A stretch of 64,000 nucleotides of DNA from an uncultured delta proteobacterium (GCA_963696385.1 CAVOKF010000004.1:640001-704000), one strand, 5' to 3'. Positions 51,184 to 63,666 are shown, counted from the stretch's first letter. Translations and numbers: made by a program. Notes: generated by a model not told the origin, from the sequence alone.

Positions 51184-51825
51184 TTACGCCGCCCTTCCGA
51201 GGCGAAGCTTGTCCTCCTGTCCGACGTGGAAGAAGCGTCGGAGCTCGGAACGCAACTCACCGAAGCGTGCCGGAGCCAGGAAATCGCGTTCCAGCCGGCG
51301 AACGAAGCGATTCGCCGCATCGTTCGCCACCCGATATCGTTCGCCGAGCTCGGTGTGAGCCCCGTGCGTGAACGCGACCCGCTCATACAGGCGGGCGCGC
51401 AACCGGGCGCTTTGGGGGGCACCAAAGCCTTGCATCCAGGCCGCCAGGACCACCCACTTGTCGACCTCCGCCTGAATCTCGAGTTCGAGCTGCGTGGCTT
51501 CGCGGCGGATGCGTGCTCGCTCGACCACGTAGACGAAGTGACTGACTCCTTCGATGATCTGGCACAGCGTGTCGAGCTCGGCTTCTCCTTCGAGAAGCGG
51601 CAAACGCAGGCTTACCTCCAGCGATCCGTCCGCGGATTCGCGCAGCAGCAGCGCTTCGCGCTCACGGGCCTCGCTGCCTTCGGCGGAATCGGCAACGAAA
51701 TCCACGACGTCGGCAACTCGATCCAGCCGATACACACGCTCGAGCGCGACTTGCACGCGCGATGCAAGCGCCAATTCGCGAACGAGGGCGGCCCCATTGC
51801 CGGCGAGCCGCTCGGCGCCATTCAC
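51184..51825 (-). CDS. Conserved hypothetical protein with zincin-like motifs
   Basis: IIEGVSHFVY and LELEIQAEVDK; GTGA-coupled to the upstream gene. Confidence 0.75.
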   Translation of the reverse strand: MNGAERLAGNGAALVRELALASRVQVALERVYRLDRVADVVDFVADSAEGSEAREREALLLRESADGSLEVSLRLPLLEGEAELDTLCQIIEGVSHFVYVVERARIRREATQLELEIQAEVDKWVVLAAWMQGFGAPQSARLRARLYERVAFTHGAHTELGERYRVANDAANRFVRRLERDFLAPARFGELRSELRRFFHVGQEDKLRLGRAA

Positions 51826-52427
51826 TGAAGAACCCCTCGCGGGCCGCGGGTGGGAACGACGCCTCGCACGGAAAGGGCGCTGGCGAGGCAATCGCTTCCC
51901 GTCTTGAGCCAGCGCTCGTAAACTCTCAGCAGCCCGCGCGAAGTCTCGGAGCCCATGGCGATGGTCGCGTCGGCGACTTCGGTCACGACCTCGACAAATC
52001 CTTCGAACTTGTCGGCGAGCTCGGCAAAGAGATCGGGTCCCGCCGTCTCGTCGTGCCCGCGGCGGAGCATGGAGCTCGCTGCGCCGTACGCCCGCGTCCC
52101 AAGCCCATGGAGGTACTTTGCGTTCACACCGCGTGCCTCGAAGTGGTCGCTAAAGAAGCCGCAGCCGTAGAGCACTCCGTCCCCCAACGTACGAAGGCGT
52201 TCGAATCGCTCGGCAGGGTCCGGCATGCGCACGGCCTCGTCGAAGAGCAAGGTCAGCGGTCGATCCATGGCCTCGCCCGCGCGCGGATCCGGGTGCGCGT
52301 AGTCCGCGAGGAGGCCGACGAGATAGCGGGTGGCACCGTCGGTGGCCTCCACGCCCCGCAACCGCATCGCGTCCTTTACAGCCTCCAAGAAGAATTGCGA
52401 TACCGACCGGGCTGCCAGAATGGTCAT
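51822..52427 (-). CDS. Conserved hypothetical helical protein
   Basis: Clean ORF (YLVGLL, RTLGDGVLYGCGFFSD, LRVYERW) with an RBS-like GAGG. Confidence 0.8.
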   Translation of the reverse strand: MTILAARSVSQFFLEAVKDAMRLRGVEATDGATRYLVGLLADYAHPDPRAGEAMDRPLTLLFDEAVRMPDPAERFERLRTLGDGVLYGCGFFSDHFEARGVNAKYLHGLGTRAYGAASSMLRRGHDETAGPDLFAELADKFEGFVEVVTEVADATIAMGSETSRGLLRVYERWLKTGSDCLASALSVRGVVPTRGPRGVLQ

Positions 52428-52553
52428 TGCGGATGTCCTCGCGCTTGCCGACCTCGGCCGTCACCCGTTCGAGGCCACACCCTATTTTGTAAGTGTTTTT
52501 AGCCACTCCCGCAATTTGCTCGGGAGCATGGCAGCGGTCCTGAGCGGACGCGT

Positions 52554-52580
52554 CTGGCAGACACAGTCGCAGAGTGCTTG
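52554..52580. promoter_or_regulatory. Degenerate second CIRCE element
   Basis: CTGGCAGAC-N9-GAGTGCTTG versus consensus TTAGCACTC-N9-GAGTGCTAA. Confidence 0.55.
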
Positions 52581-52653
52581 CCAGACGCTCAGGTGCGGTA
52601 AGCCCCAGCGCTTCCGGCAAGTTAGAAATGCGCTGCCACCTCCACCGAGGGGC

Positions 52654-52681
52654 TTGACGGCTCCCCTTCATGTCTTAGTTT
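52654..52681 (+). promoter_or_regulatory. sigma70-type promoter of groESL
   Basis: TTGACG-16 nt-TAGTTT, directly upstream of CIRCE. Confidence 0.65.
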
Positions 52682-52693
52682 GGGCGCCGACCG

Positions 52694-52720
52694 CTGGCAC
52701 TCCGCACCAATGAGTGCCAA
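52694..52720. promoter_or_regulatory. CIRCE (HrcA operator)
   Basis: CTGGCACTC-N9-GAGTGCCAA. Confidence 0.9.
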
Positions 52721-52882
52721 CAATCTGCACCGGGGCCAGGCATCTGCGCACCGAGGCAGGGGTCAGGATTTCAACTCACCCAACCCGTCTCACTCCTCGC
52801 CGGCGCCCAATGGGCGGCGGACGGGGACTGTTGCCTACATGCCGAGCCCGCCGAGGCACGGCCTAACTGAGGAGAGAATCAC

Positions 52883-53176
52883 ATGTCCAACATTCGTCCG
52901 CTTCACGACCGCGTGATCGTCAAACGCGTCAAAGAGGAGGAGAAAACCAAAGGCGGCATCATCATTCCGGATTCCGCCAAAGAAAAGCCGATCGAAGGCG
53001 AAGTCTTGGCCGTCGGGAACGGAAAGATCCTCGAGGACGGCAGCGTTCGCAAGCTCGACGTAAAGGTCGGAGACCGCGTGCTGTTCGGCAAGTACAGCGG
53101 CACGGAAGTGAAGGTCGATGGCGACGAGCGGCTCATCCTTCGCGAGGACGACATCCTCGGCGTGCTCGAAAAGTAA
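52883..53176 (+). CDS. groES: Co-chaperonin GroES
   Basis: [32 protein letters not shown]. Confidence 0.99.
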   Translation: MSNIRPLHDRVIVKRVKEEEKTKGGIIIPDSAKEKPIEGEVLAVGNGKILEDGSVRKLDVKVGDRVLFGKYSGTEVKVDGDERLILREDDILGVLEK

Positions 53177-53268
53177 TCCGGGGCCGGATTCGCCGCTCGC
53201 CTATCCGAAAGTCCGGCGGAGCATCGCTTCCGCCACCCCATCCACTCTGATTCGTCCCCTCTCATTGA

Positions 53269-54915
<1,647 letters not shown>

Positions 54916-54962
54916 GGTTGCCGGTTCGGGGCTCCGCCCCCGAGCCGTCTGCTGAGAGACAC

Positions 54963-55005
54963 GGGAGGACCCCGGGGCGAGGTGATCGCTCCGGGGTTTT
55001 CTCTT
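54963..55005 (+). terminator. Rho-independent terminator after groEL
   Basis: ACCCCGGGGCGA-GGTGA-TCGCTCCGGGGT followed by TTTCTCTT. Confidence 0.8.
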
Positions 55006-55109
55006 GGTTTCGGTCGATGTGGGGCGTGCACTCTCGATGCCGCTTGCAGCCAGGCGCTCCGGCGCACAGGCGGCCTCGCTCCCCGGGTCGGCTACACTGG
55101 CCGCCCCAC

Positions 55110-57339
55110 GTGAGCACCGAGGACGTCGTCGAGGGCACCATCGAACGGGTGACCTTCGAGAGTCCGACCTCGAATTTTCGTGTCATTAAGCTTTCTGTCA
55201 CGGGGCGTACCGATCTGTTGCCGGTAGTGGGCACGTTTCCGCCGATGGCCGTGGGGGCGCGCGTTCGCGTGCACGGCCGGATCGAGCGCGACCGCAAGCA
55301 CGGCGAGCAGCTCCGAGCCGACTCGCTCATCGAGCTGGCTCCCGACACGCTCGCCGGGCTCGAAAAGTACCTCGCCTCAGGGCTTATCAAGGGGCTTGGA
55401 CCCAAGCTCGCGCAACGCATCGTGACGACCTTCGGACTCGAAACTCTTCGCGTGCTCGAGGAACAACCCGAGAGGCTCGGCGATGTAGAAGGCGTCGGTG
55501 GCAAACGGCGGATCGCGATCACGCAAGCGTGGCAGGAGCAGCGAGGTCTGCGCGACGTCATGGTGTTTCTCCAAGCGCACGGCGCCGGTGCGGGTCTCGC
55601 GACGCGTATCGTTCGGCGATACGGAAATGCCGCGATGAACGTCGTATCGCGAGAACCGTACCGACTCGCGCTCGACGTTCGTGGCGTCGGCTTCAAGACC
55701 GCGGATCGCATCGCCGCGACGATCGGCGTCGCACCGGATTCGCCGGAGCGAATGCAGGCCGGTCTGCTGCAAGTGATCCACGATCGTGGGGAGGCCGGGC
55801 ACGTTTGGACCTCGGAGCGGGAGCTCGAAGCGCTTTCGGCGCGGATGCTCGCACTCGACGAGAACGATGGATCGGTTCAAGCCTGTCTGGCGGACGCGCT
55901 CCGGGCGTTGGAGGTCGGACGACGTGTCGTCGCGGAGGCGGAGACGAGGCCGACCGACGACCGCGCGGTCTACGCCGTGGAGATGCATGGGGCAGAGGCT
56001 CGGCTCTCGCGCCGTCTCCTCCAGATCGCGAACGCCGCCGCGCGTCCCCTCGACGGCGTATCCGAAGCCATCCAGGCGTTCGAGACCCGGGCGCACGTCG
56101 AGCTGGCACCGGAGCAGCGAAACGCGGTGCGAGAGGCGGCGCGCCGCCCGCTCTTGGTCGTGACGGGAGGTCCGGGCGTCGGCAAGACGACCCTCGTGAG
56201 AGCCATCCTCGCCGTGTTCGCGCGCGCCGGAGTGGAGGTTCGACTGACCGCGCCGACCGGACGCGCGGCGAAGCGGATGACCGAGGCCACGGGCGTCGCT
56301 GCGGCGACGCTCCATCGCCTCCTCGAGTTCGACCCGAAATCCGGTTCGTTCAAGAGAGATGGCCGATGGCCCATTGATGCCGGGGCCGTCATCGTCGACG
56401 AGGCCTCGATGATCGATTTGCCCGCGGCCGATGCGTTGACCCAAGCGATTGCGCCGGGCACGAGGCTGATCCTCGTGGGGGACGTGGATCAGCTGCCGAG
56501 TGTCGGCCCGGGCGCCGTTTTACGCGATGTGATCGCTTCGAGTGCCATCCCGTGTGTGCGTCTGCGCGAGATCTTTCGACAAGCTGCCCGAAGTCTCATC
56601 GTGGCCAATGCACACCGGATCAACGATGGCAAGCTTCCCGTTACGCCCAACGCCGCCGAAGCCGCGGCGCATGGATCGGACTTCTTCATGATTGAGCGTC
56701 GCGACCCGGACAAGGCGCGCGACACCATCGTGGATTTCGGTCCGATCGCGCATTCCCCACCGATTCGGGCTCGATCCGGTGCGGGACGTCCAAGTCCTGA
56801 CGCCGATGAATCGGGGCGCGGCCGGTGCCATCGCTCTCAACCAGGCTTTGCAAGCTGCACTCAATCCGCATGGCGTGTCGCTTGCCCGCGGCACTCGCAC
56901 CTTCCGGACGGGCGACAAGGTCATGCAACTGCGCAACGATTACGACAAAGGCGTCTTCAACGGCGACGTCGGGATGGTCGCCAGCGTCGATCCGGAAGAG
57001 CACTCGATGGCGGTGCGTTTCGACGAGCGAGAGGTTGCGTTTGACGGTTCCGATCTCGACGATCTGACGCTCGCCTATGCTTGCACAGTGCACAAATCGC
57101 AAGGCAGCGAGTACCCGGCCGTCGTCATCCCGCTGCTGACCACGCATTTCATGATGCTGAGCAAGAACCTTCTGTATACGGCGGTCACCCGGGGCCGGCG
57201 TCTCGTCGTCCTGGTCTGCGATCCGCGCGCGCTCGAGCTGGCGCTCTCGAGGCGCCGAGACGGCGAACGACGGACGGGTCTAGCGGCTCGTTTGGCAAAA
57301 AATGCGCCTCCGGCCTCGGACATGAGCAGCCTACGTTGA
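55110..57339 (+). CDS. recD2: ATP-dependent RecD2 helicase with a +1 frameshift at ~56738 (probable assembly error)
   Basis: GLIKGLGPK HhH, TGGPGVGKTT, APTGRAAKR, DEASM and GDVDQLPSVG in frame 1; QVLTPM, GDKVMQ, FNGD, TVHKSQGSE and LYTAVTR in the next frame. Confidence 0.93.
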
Positions 57340-57376
57340 CGCCGAGCCGGCTTATGGCAAGGGTGTGAGGGAAAGA

Positions 57377-57934
57377 ATGCTGCGGCGATTGCTCGTCGGC
57401 TTGGTGCTGGGGTCGCTCGTCGGGGCGCTCCTCGCCGTCGGGCTCGTGGCCGGGCTGAAGGTCGCCGTATTTGGCGACGGCGCCGGCGGCGCCGTACTCG
57501 CATACCTGGCTGCGGCGCTTGCCGGTGTCTTGACCGGGCTCGTCGCGGGCAAGCCCATCTGGGCCTCGGGTGCCGGCATCGAGGCGGGGCTCAAGGCCTT
57601 CTTCGGCGCGCTGCTTGCTGCGGGGGCGATGTTTGCGCTGCGTCGTTGGGCCACAGCGTGGGCCCTCGACCTCAGCACCCTCGGTGCAGGCGGCCCTGAT
57701 TCCGCCGGTCACCTGCCCGCCGTATCCCTGCCTCTCATCGGCGCAGCCCTCGGAGCGCTGTTCGAACTCGACAACACGAGCGGTGCAGAGGACACGGCGG
57801 GCAAGCCTCTGCCCCCCCGGAAGCGCGTGGCCGCGCAAAGCGCGAGCGATCGAGCGAAGCCGGGCGCCACGGAGCCTGACGAAGTCGAGCCCGGACGTGA
57901 CGCTGAGATCGTCCCGGGGCGCAGCAAACGCTGA
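57377..57934 (+). CDS. Hypothetical membrane protein (~4 TM segments)
   Basis: Hydrophobic segments and FELDN; TGATG overlap with the next gene. Confidence 0.75.
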   Translation: MLRRLLVGLVLGSLVGALLAVGLVAGLKVAVFGDGAGGAVLAYLAAALAGVLTGLVAGKPIWASGAGIEAGLKAFFGALLAAGAMFALRRWATAWALDLSTLGAGGPDSAGHLPAVSLPLIGAALGALFELDNTSGAEDTAGKPLPPRKRVAAQSASDRAKPGATEPDEVEPGRDAEIVPGRSKR

Positions 57935-58749
57935 TGCCGCTCGCGCGGCTCGTCGTCTACATGGCTACTGCCGCTGTTCTGGCCACGACGGCCTTCTCGC
58001 TGATCGTGCGTCCGCCGCCAGTCGGCTGGGCGGCGCTCATCCTCGCCGGGTATGTCGGGCTCCTTCTTGGCGGCGTGTTCGTCATTCGCTGGCGCGTCTT
58101 CGTCGACGCCGTCATCCGCGGGCCTCGAGGCGCGCGTGGGGTGGTCCTTACGTTCGACGACGGACCGCACCCGGAGTGGACCCCACGGATTCTTCGAGTA
58201 CTTGCCGAGCACGGGGCTACAGCGACATTCTTTGTCGTGGGGCGCAAAGCCGAGGCCCATCCGGAGGTGGTGCGGGCGATTCTCGGCGGAGGCCACTCGG
58301 TGGGACTTCATTCGCACGGCCACGATTGGCTGTTTGCCATGCGCGGTGCCCGCCGAGTGCGCCGAGATCTCGAGCGTGGTGTGGCCGTGCTCGAGAGCCT
58401 GACGGGTGCGCGTCCGGTGCTCTTCAGGCCTCCGATCGGTCATACGAATCCGACCATCGGCCGTGTTGCCGATGCACTCGACCTAACCATCGTAGGTTGG
58501 ACGATTGGCGGGCGCGACGGGTGGGCCGGCGCCCGCCCAAACGATGTTGCAGCGCGCGTGCGACGCGACCTGCAGGACGGTGCGATCATCCTTCTTCACG
58601 ACGCCCCCGAATCGGGAGATCGCGAGCCCGCCGCCCTCAGCGCCTTGCCCCAAATCCTGGATGCAGTCGCCGCTGCCGGCCTCGAGATCGTTGCTTTGCA
58701 ACCGTGGCTCGAGAGCCTTCAGGAGTCCGCTGCCGGAAGCACCACGTAG
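57934..58749 (+). CDS. Polysaccharide deacetylase (CE4/NodB), membrane-anchored
   Basis: LTFDDGP, HSHGH, FRPP and ILLHD. Confidence 0.93.
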   Translation: MPLARLVVYMATAAVLATTAFSLIVRPPPVGWAALILAGYVGLLLGGVFVIRWRVFVDAVIRGPRGARGVVLTFDDGPHPEWTPRILRVLAEHGATATFFVVGRKAEAHPEVVRAILGGGHSVGLHSHGHDWLFAMRGARRVRRDLERGVAVLESLTGARPVLFRPPIGHTNPTIGRVADALDLTIVGWTIGGRDGWAGARPNDVAARVRRDLQDGAIILLHDAPESGDREPAALSALPQILDAVAAAGLEIVALQPWLESLQESAAGSTT

Positions 58750-60230
58750 AAGCGAGCCCCGGTCGTAAAAGACGCGTCGAGTCCCACTTCGCCGCCTGCC
58801 GACTCGACCAATCCCCGGCAAACTGCGAGCCCGAGCCCTGTGCCCTCGCCCACGTCCTTGGTCGTCACGAAGGGCTCGAAAAGCCGATCGCGTATGGAAG
58901 GGTCAATCCCCGGTCCGTCATCCTCGATCTCGATGCGGACGCGCGCTTCGCCACGCACCGGGTGCGCCCGAATTCGAATCCGATGTCCGGCCGCCCGCGC
59001 GATCGCCGCGCCGGCGTTGAGGACGAGGTTGAGCAGCACCTGCATGAGACGGGGCGCGGGGAAGGCGACGATCGGCGATCCTTCTACGTCCGCTTCGAGC
59101 CGGATTCCGCGGAAAGTCGGCTGCGGACGAACGAGCGACACGACGTCGTCGACGACCGCCCGAACGTCGGCCGGGGTCTGCTCTTCGCCGCCGAGCGTCG
59201 GAGTCTCCTCGGGCCGCGCAAAATCGAGCAAGTCCCTCACGACGGCATGGATCCTCTCCGTCTCCCGGCGCATGCGCTGCAGAAAGTCGCGCTGCTGGCC
59301 GGCGGCCAGATCTCCTTCGAGCAGCAGCTCCTGCATGCCCATCAGCGCCGACAGTGGATTGCCGATTTCGTGAGCGAGTCCGGCCGCAAGACGCCCGACG
59401 CTCGCCAAGCGCTCGCTGCGAACGAGCTGTGCCTGCGTTTGCTTCAAACGGGTCGTGGTCTCGGTAAGCTCGTCGATCTTGAGCAGCAGCGTCGCTTCCT
59501 CCGCGATCAGTTCGCCGGCCATTGCTTGGACGCTGGCACCGAGATCGAGTAGCTCGCGGGCACCGCTGCGCGGCACGCGCAGCGTGCGGGCGCCGCTCGC
59601 CACGCGATCCGCGGCAGCGACAAGCTCCTCGAGCGGCCGCACGATCAGGCGTGTCAACGCGAAGTAAGCGAAGACCATGAGCGCCAGCGCGAAGACGCCC
59701 ATGTACAAGGCGACGAGCCGGACGAGGGGGCGGCCACGCTCGACCTCCGCGCCGACATCGATCCGCGCCACCGCGAAGCCGCCTCCTCCCGGTGCGGTCA
59801 CCTCGAGCAACGGGCGACCGGTGGCATCGCGGACCCTTTCAATCGACTCCGTAGCGTTTGTCGGGGGCCGAATGGCCGCGACGTCCAGCGGCCGCCCGGC
59901 GCAGCCGGCGAGCGCGCCATCGCCGGCGAAAAAGCATACGGCTTCGACGTCTCGCAGCGCCGCATGCCCTTGAAGGGCGCGGATGACGGTGCCCCGATCG
60001 GCGGAAGCGCCGGCTTGTGCGGCGATCGCTTCGCAGAGAGCGCGCGCCGCTCGCTCGTGTCCGGAGAGCAGGGTCGCGCGCGTCAAACTCGCGACCGCCA
60101 GGAACAGGGGCCCGAAGGCAAAGATCATGAGCCCCGCGAGCGCCAGGACGATCTGCAACCTGAGGCCCATTTGCAGCGCCGGCCGCAATCGCGCTGCCGA
60201 GGGTGCGGTCGACAAGCGAGCAACCGTCAC
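58719..60230 (-). CDS. HAMP-domain sensor histidine kinase
   Basis: Two TM segments, HAMP, AHEIGNPL, NLVLNA, DDGPG, FVTTK and GTGLGL. Confidence 0.95.
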   Translation of the reverse strand: MTVARLSTAPSAARLRPALQMGLRLQIVLALAGLMIFAFGPLFLAVASLTRATLLSGHERAARALCEAIAAQAGASADRGTVIRALQGHAALRDVEAVCFFAGDGALAGCAGRPLDVAAIRPPTNATESIERVRDATGRPLLEVTAPGGGGFAVARIDVGAEVERGRPLVRLVALYMGVFALALMVFAYFALTRLIVRPLEELVAAADRVASGARTLRVPRSGARELLDLGASVQAMAGELIAEEATLLLKIDELTETTTRLKQTQAQLVRSERLASVGRLAAGLAHEIGNPLSALMGMQELLLEGDLAAGQQRDFLQRMRRETERIHAVVRDLLDFARPEETPTLGGEEQTPADVRAVVDDVVSLVRPQPTFRGIRLEADVEGSPIVAFPAPRLMQVLLNLVLNAGAAIARAAGHRIRIRAHPVRGEARVRIEIEDDGPGIDPSIRDRLFEPFVTTKDVGEGTGLGLAVCRGLVESAGGEVGLDASFTTGARFYVVLPAADS

Positions 60231-60339
60231 AGGAGTGACGGTAGCGAAAAAGGGCGACGATGGGACTCGATCGACGCGATCGGGGATCGGGCTCGGTCGG
60301 CAGGTTCGCTCGGTGAGCGCGCGCCACCGCTTCGGACTC

Positions 60340-61215
60340 TCACTCCGTCAATCGTGCCGAATCAACAGCAATTCCAAATGCTTCCCATACCACGCGAGCC
60401 ACCCCGCCTCCGCTTTCCGGAGTTTCCTCGAGCACGTCGGTTGCGCTCGATTTCACCTCGTGAGGCGCCTGTCCCATCGCGAAAGACCGGCCGGCAACCT
60501 CGAACATCGGGATGTCGTTGAGCCAATCGCCGACGCAAACGGTGTCCGCGAGGGCGATTCCCTCACGCTCGGCAATCCAACGCAATGCCGTGCCCTTCGT
60601 GCCACCGCCCGCGCGCACGATCATCGCCCATGTTTCTGCGTGCGGACCGCGCCGAACGGGAAACACCGCGATAAAGGCCGACTTGGGTAAATCCCGCGCG
60701 ATTTCCGCGTGCACTTGCGCGATGCGCTCCCGCGTCCCGAGCGCGACGGCGGCCGTGACGCCCTCGGAGGTGTCCCATAGATCGTGGGTGAAAACGTCCG
60801 GTGCAATGCGCACGTCGCTGGACCAGGTCGACACGTATCCGACGTAACGCGATCCGGAGGGATCGTGCCCAATGGCGTCTGCGGCGAAGACGAAGGTGGT
60901 CACGCCAGCGCGCGCCAGCGCACCGCGCAAGATGGCCACTTGCCTGCCGCGCAGCCCTAGGTGCAAGAGCGTCGCATGGTCGCGCGCGTCGACGATATGG
61001 CTTCCGTCGGCGCACCCTAGTGCCGTGCGCAACCCGACTCGCTCGGAAATCCGGCGCGTGCCCGAGTAAAGCCGCCCGGTGATGACGCTGACGCAGACCC
61101 CGGCGGCGATCGCGGCACGCAGGGCTCGAACGTCGTGCTCGTGTGGTTGGCCGCGCGGATCGAGCAGGGTGCCGTCGAGATCGACGGCCAAAAGCCTGGG
61201 CTTGCCCGAGGTCAC
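60340..61215 (-). CDS. Cof-type HAD hydrolase (IIB)
   Basis: DLDGTLL, ITGR, KGTAL and [12 protein letters not shown] start overlaps the rpmA stop. Confidence 0.9.
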   Translation of the reverse strand: MTSGKPRLLAVDLDGTLLDPRGQPHEHDVRALRAAIAAGVCVSVITGRLYSGTRRISERVGLRTALGCADGSHIVDARDHATLLHLGLRGRQVAILRGALARAGVTTFVFAADAIGHDPSGSRYVGYVSTWSSDVRIAPDVFTHDLWDTSEGVTAAVALGTRERIAQVHAEIARDLPKSAFIAVFPVRRGPHAETWAMIVRAGGGTKGTALRWIAEREGIALADTVCVGDWLNDIPMFEVAGRSFAMGQAPHEVKSSATDVLEETPESGGGVARVVWEAFGIAVDSARLTE

Positions 61216-61472
61216 GCGGTGGCTGGATAGACCGAGACCTTGCGCTGAGCGCGCGTGCGCCATTCGTACCGCACGACGCCGTCGACCAGCGCGAACAGCG
61301 TGAAGTCCTTCCCGACGCCCACGTTGTTTCCCGCGTGAATCGTGGTTCCGACCTGTCGAACGAGGATGCTGCCGGCGTTCACCTTCTCGCCGCCGTAAAC
61401 CTTGACGCCCCGTTTCTGGGAGTTCGAGTCACGACCGTTACGTGTGCTACCTGCACCTTTTTTGTGAGCCAT
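61212..61472 (-). CDS. rpmA: 50S ribosomal protein L27
   Basis: [16 protein letters not shown]. Confidence 0.99.
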   Translation of the reverse strand: MAHKKGAGSTRNGRDSNSQKRGVKVYGGEKVNAGSILVRQVGTTIHAGNNVGVGKDFTLFALVDGVVRYEWRTRAQRKVSVYPATA

Positions 61473-61498
61473 GGCGACCTCGCGAGCGCTTGCAAAGA

Positions 61499-61813
61499 CT
61501 AGCCGACGATGTTGGTGATCTCGAGAGCGGTGAACGGCTGCCGGTGACCGCGCTTGCGCCTGTAGTTCTTCCGCCGCCGAAACTTGAAGATGATGACCTT
61601 CGGCGCCAGGCCCTGCGCGACGATCTTGGCCTCGACCTTCACACCGCCAAGCAGCGGACGGCCTAGCCGTATGCCTTCGTCCGGCCCCTTGATCAGCAGC
61701 ACCTCTTCGAAGGCCACGGCGTCGCCCACGGCGCCTGGAAGCTTCTCGACGCGGAGCTTATCGCCCTTGCCGACCCGGTACTGCTTGCCGCCCGTCCTGA
61801 ACACCGCGTACAT
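61499..61813 (-). CDS. rplU: 50S ribosomal protein L21
   Basis: [12 protein letters not shown]...GHRQ. Confidence 0.99.
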   Translation of the reverse strand: MYAVFRTGGKQYRVGKGDKLRVEKLPGAVGDAVAFEEVLLIKGPDEGIRLGRPLLGGVKVEAKIVAQGLAPKVIIFKFRRRKNYRRKRGHRQPFTALEITNIVG

Positions 61814-61957
61814 CAATCGCCCTCTTTGCATGTTGGCCACGCCCGTTGAAGGGTCGCGGCGGGGTCTTGGGGTCGCGCAGTATACGGGCCGAACCGCGCT
61901 TGTAAAGGTGGCGCCATCCTCGAGCCCGGGGCAGCGCCGGGTGCTAACGTCGCGCCC

Positions 61958-62857
61958 ATGTCGTTGCGGATAGAAGGGACGTATACGGCACTGGCGACGC
62001 CACTACGCGACGAGCCGGGCCAACCGATCGATTGGGCTGCGCTCGACGCCCTCGTCGAGGCGCAGATCGCCGGCGGCGTGACTGGCCTAGTCCCTTGCGG
62101 GACGACGGGCGAGAGTCCGACGCTATCGCACGAGGAGCACGGTGCCGTCGTCGAGCGCACGGTCAAGCGGGTCGCGAATCGCGCGCAGGTCATCGCCGGT
62201 GCGGGGTCGAACTCGACCCGCGAGGCGATCGGGCTCGCTCAGCATGCCGACAAAGTCGGGGCCGACGCGGTGATGGTCGTGGTCCCCTATTACAACAGGC
62301 CCTCGCAGGAAGGCCTGTTCCGGCACTTCGTCGAAGTCGCTCGAAGCGTCCGAATTCCCGTAGTCGTCTACAACATCCCCGGTCGAACGGGCGTCGACCT
62401 CGCACCGCAAACGCTAGCGCGCATTTGCGCCGAGGCGTCGAACGTCGTCGCCGTCAAGGAAGCGAGCGGCAACGTCCTACGCACCCAGACCCTCGTTCAG
62501 ATGCTGGGTGACCGCCTGATCGTCCTCAGTGGCGACGACGCACTCACATTGGCGATCATCGCAGCCGGTGGACGTGGCGTCATCAGTGTGACCTCCAACG
62601 TTTTGCCTGCCGAGGTCACCCGGGCCACCCGACTCGCGCTCGAGGGCAAGCTCGACGAGGCTCGACGAGCGCACCTGGCGCTCCTGCCCGTGCACGAGGC
62701 CATGTTTCTCGATGCGAGCCCCGGTCCCGTCAAAGTGGCTCTATCGCTGAGAACAGGCGTCAAGCCCGCCCTTCGTTCACCCTTGTGCCTCCCGTCCGAG
62801 TCGACGCGCGTAGCCATCGCCGCTGCGTTGGACGCTTACGCACGGTGCGAGCATTGA
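61958..62857 (+). CDS. dapA: 4-hydroxy-tetrahydrodipicolinate synthase
   Basis: GTTGES, PYYN, YNIPGRTG, KEAS and SGDD. Confidence 0.96.
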   Translation: MSLRIEGTYTALATPLRDEPGQPIDWAALDALVEAQIAGGVTGLVPCGTTGESPTLSHEEHGAVVERTVKRVANRAQVIAGAGSNSTREAIGLAQHADKVGADAVMVVVPYYNRPSQEGLFRHFVEVARSVRIPVVVYNIPGRTGVDLAPQTLARICAEASNVVAVKEASGNVLRTQTLVQMLGDRLIVLSGDDALTLAIIAAGGRGVISVTSNVLPAEVTRATRLALEGKLDEARRAHLALLPVHEAMFLDASPGPVKVALSLRTGVKPALRSPLCLPSESTRVAIAAALDAYARCEH

Positions 62858-63666
62858 TGCGAATTGCCGTGGTGGGCGCCAGCGGCAGGATGGGCCGGGC
62901 CGTCGTCCGTCTGGCATGTGCCGAGGGCGTCCCCATCGCATGCGCGATTGGCACGGTGGAGGTCGGGCGCGACGTGGGCGAGCTCGCCGGGCTCGGACCG
63001 ATTGGCGTTTGCGTCGTGGACGGGTTCGCGGCTCTCGAGCACGCGCGTGCGGACGTCGTGGTCGACTTTTCGGTTCCCGCGGCGACCCTTGCGCTCGCAC
63101 CGATCGCGGCGCAAGCGGGGACGGCAATCGTCAGCGGCACGACCGGTCTCGACCCCGACGCGCGATCGGCCCTCGATCGGGCCGCGCAGTCAGTCCCGGT
63201 GTTGTGGGAACCCAATATGAGCCTCGGGATCCACGTGCTGTCGCGGCTAGCGGCAGAGGCCGCTATGGCGCTGAGCGATTGGGATGTCGAGATTGTGGAG
63301 ACCCACCATCGGGCCAAAGTCGATGCGCCGAGCGGGACGGCTTTGCGCCTCGCGGAGCGATTGCTCGAAACTCGCGCCGGGGTGGCGACGCGCCTCGTGC
63401 ATGGACGTCACGGCAAAGTCGGCGCGCGAGACCGGGAGGAAATCGGCGTCCACGCTCTACGCGGCGGCGATGTCATCGGTGACCATGTCGTCCATTTGAT
63501 GGGCGGTGGCGAGCGGCTGGAACTCACGCACCGTGCGACGAACCGCGACGTGTTTGCCCACGGCGCACTTCGTGCGGCGCGGTGGCTCGCGGGAATGAAT
63601 CGGGGGCGGTACTCGCTTCGCGACATTCTCGACGTGGGGCCCGCCCGGTCAGAAAGTCAGCCGTAG
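62857..63666 (+). CDS. dapB: 4-hydroxy-tetrahydrodipicolinate reductase
   Basis: GASGRMG, DFS, GTTG and ETHHRAKVDAPSGTA. Confidence 0.96.
   Translation: MRIAVVGASGRMGRAVVRLACAEGVPIACAIGTVEVGRDVGELAGLGPIGVCVVDGFAALEHARADVVVDFSVPAATLALAPIAAQAGTAIVSGTTGLDPDARSALDRAAQSVPVLWEPNMSLGIHVLSRLAAEAAMALSDWDVEIVETHHRAKVDAPSGTALRLAERLLETRAGVATRLVHGRHGKVGARDREEIGVHALRGGDVIGDHVVHLMGGGERLELTHRATNRDVFAHGALRAARWLAGMNRGRYSLRDILDVGPARSESQP

Noticed and set aside
57570..59552. 660-aa Arg-rich + strand ORF
   Set aside because: Off-frame shadow of the deacetylase and kinase genes, with R/P/S-rich composition.
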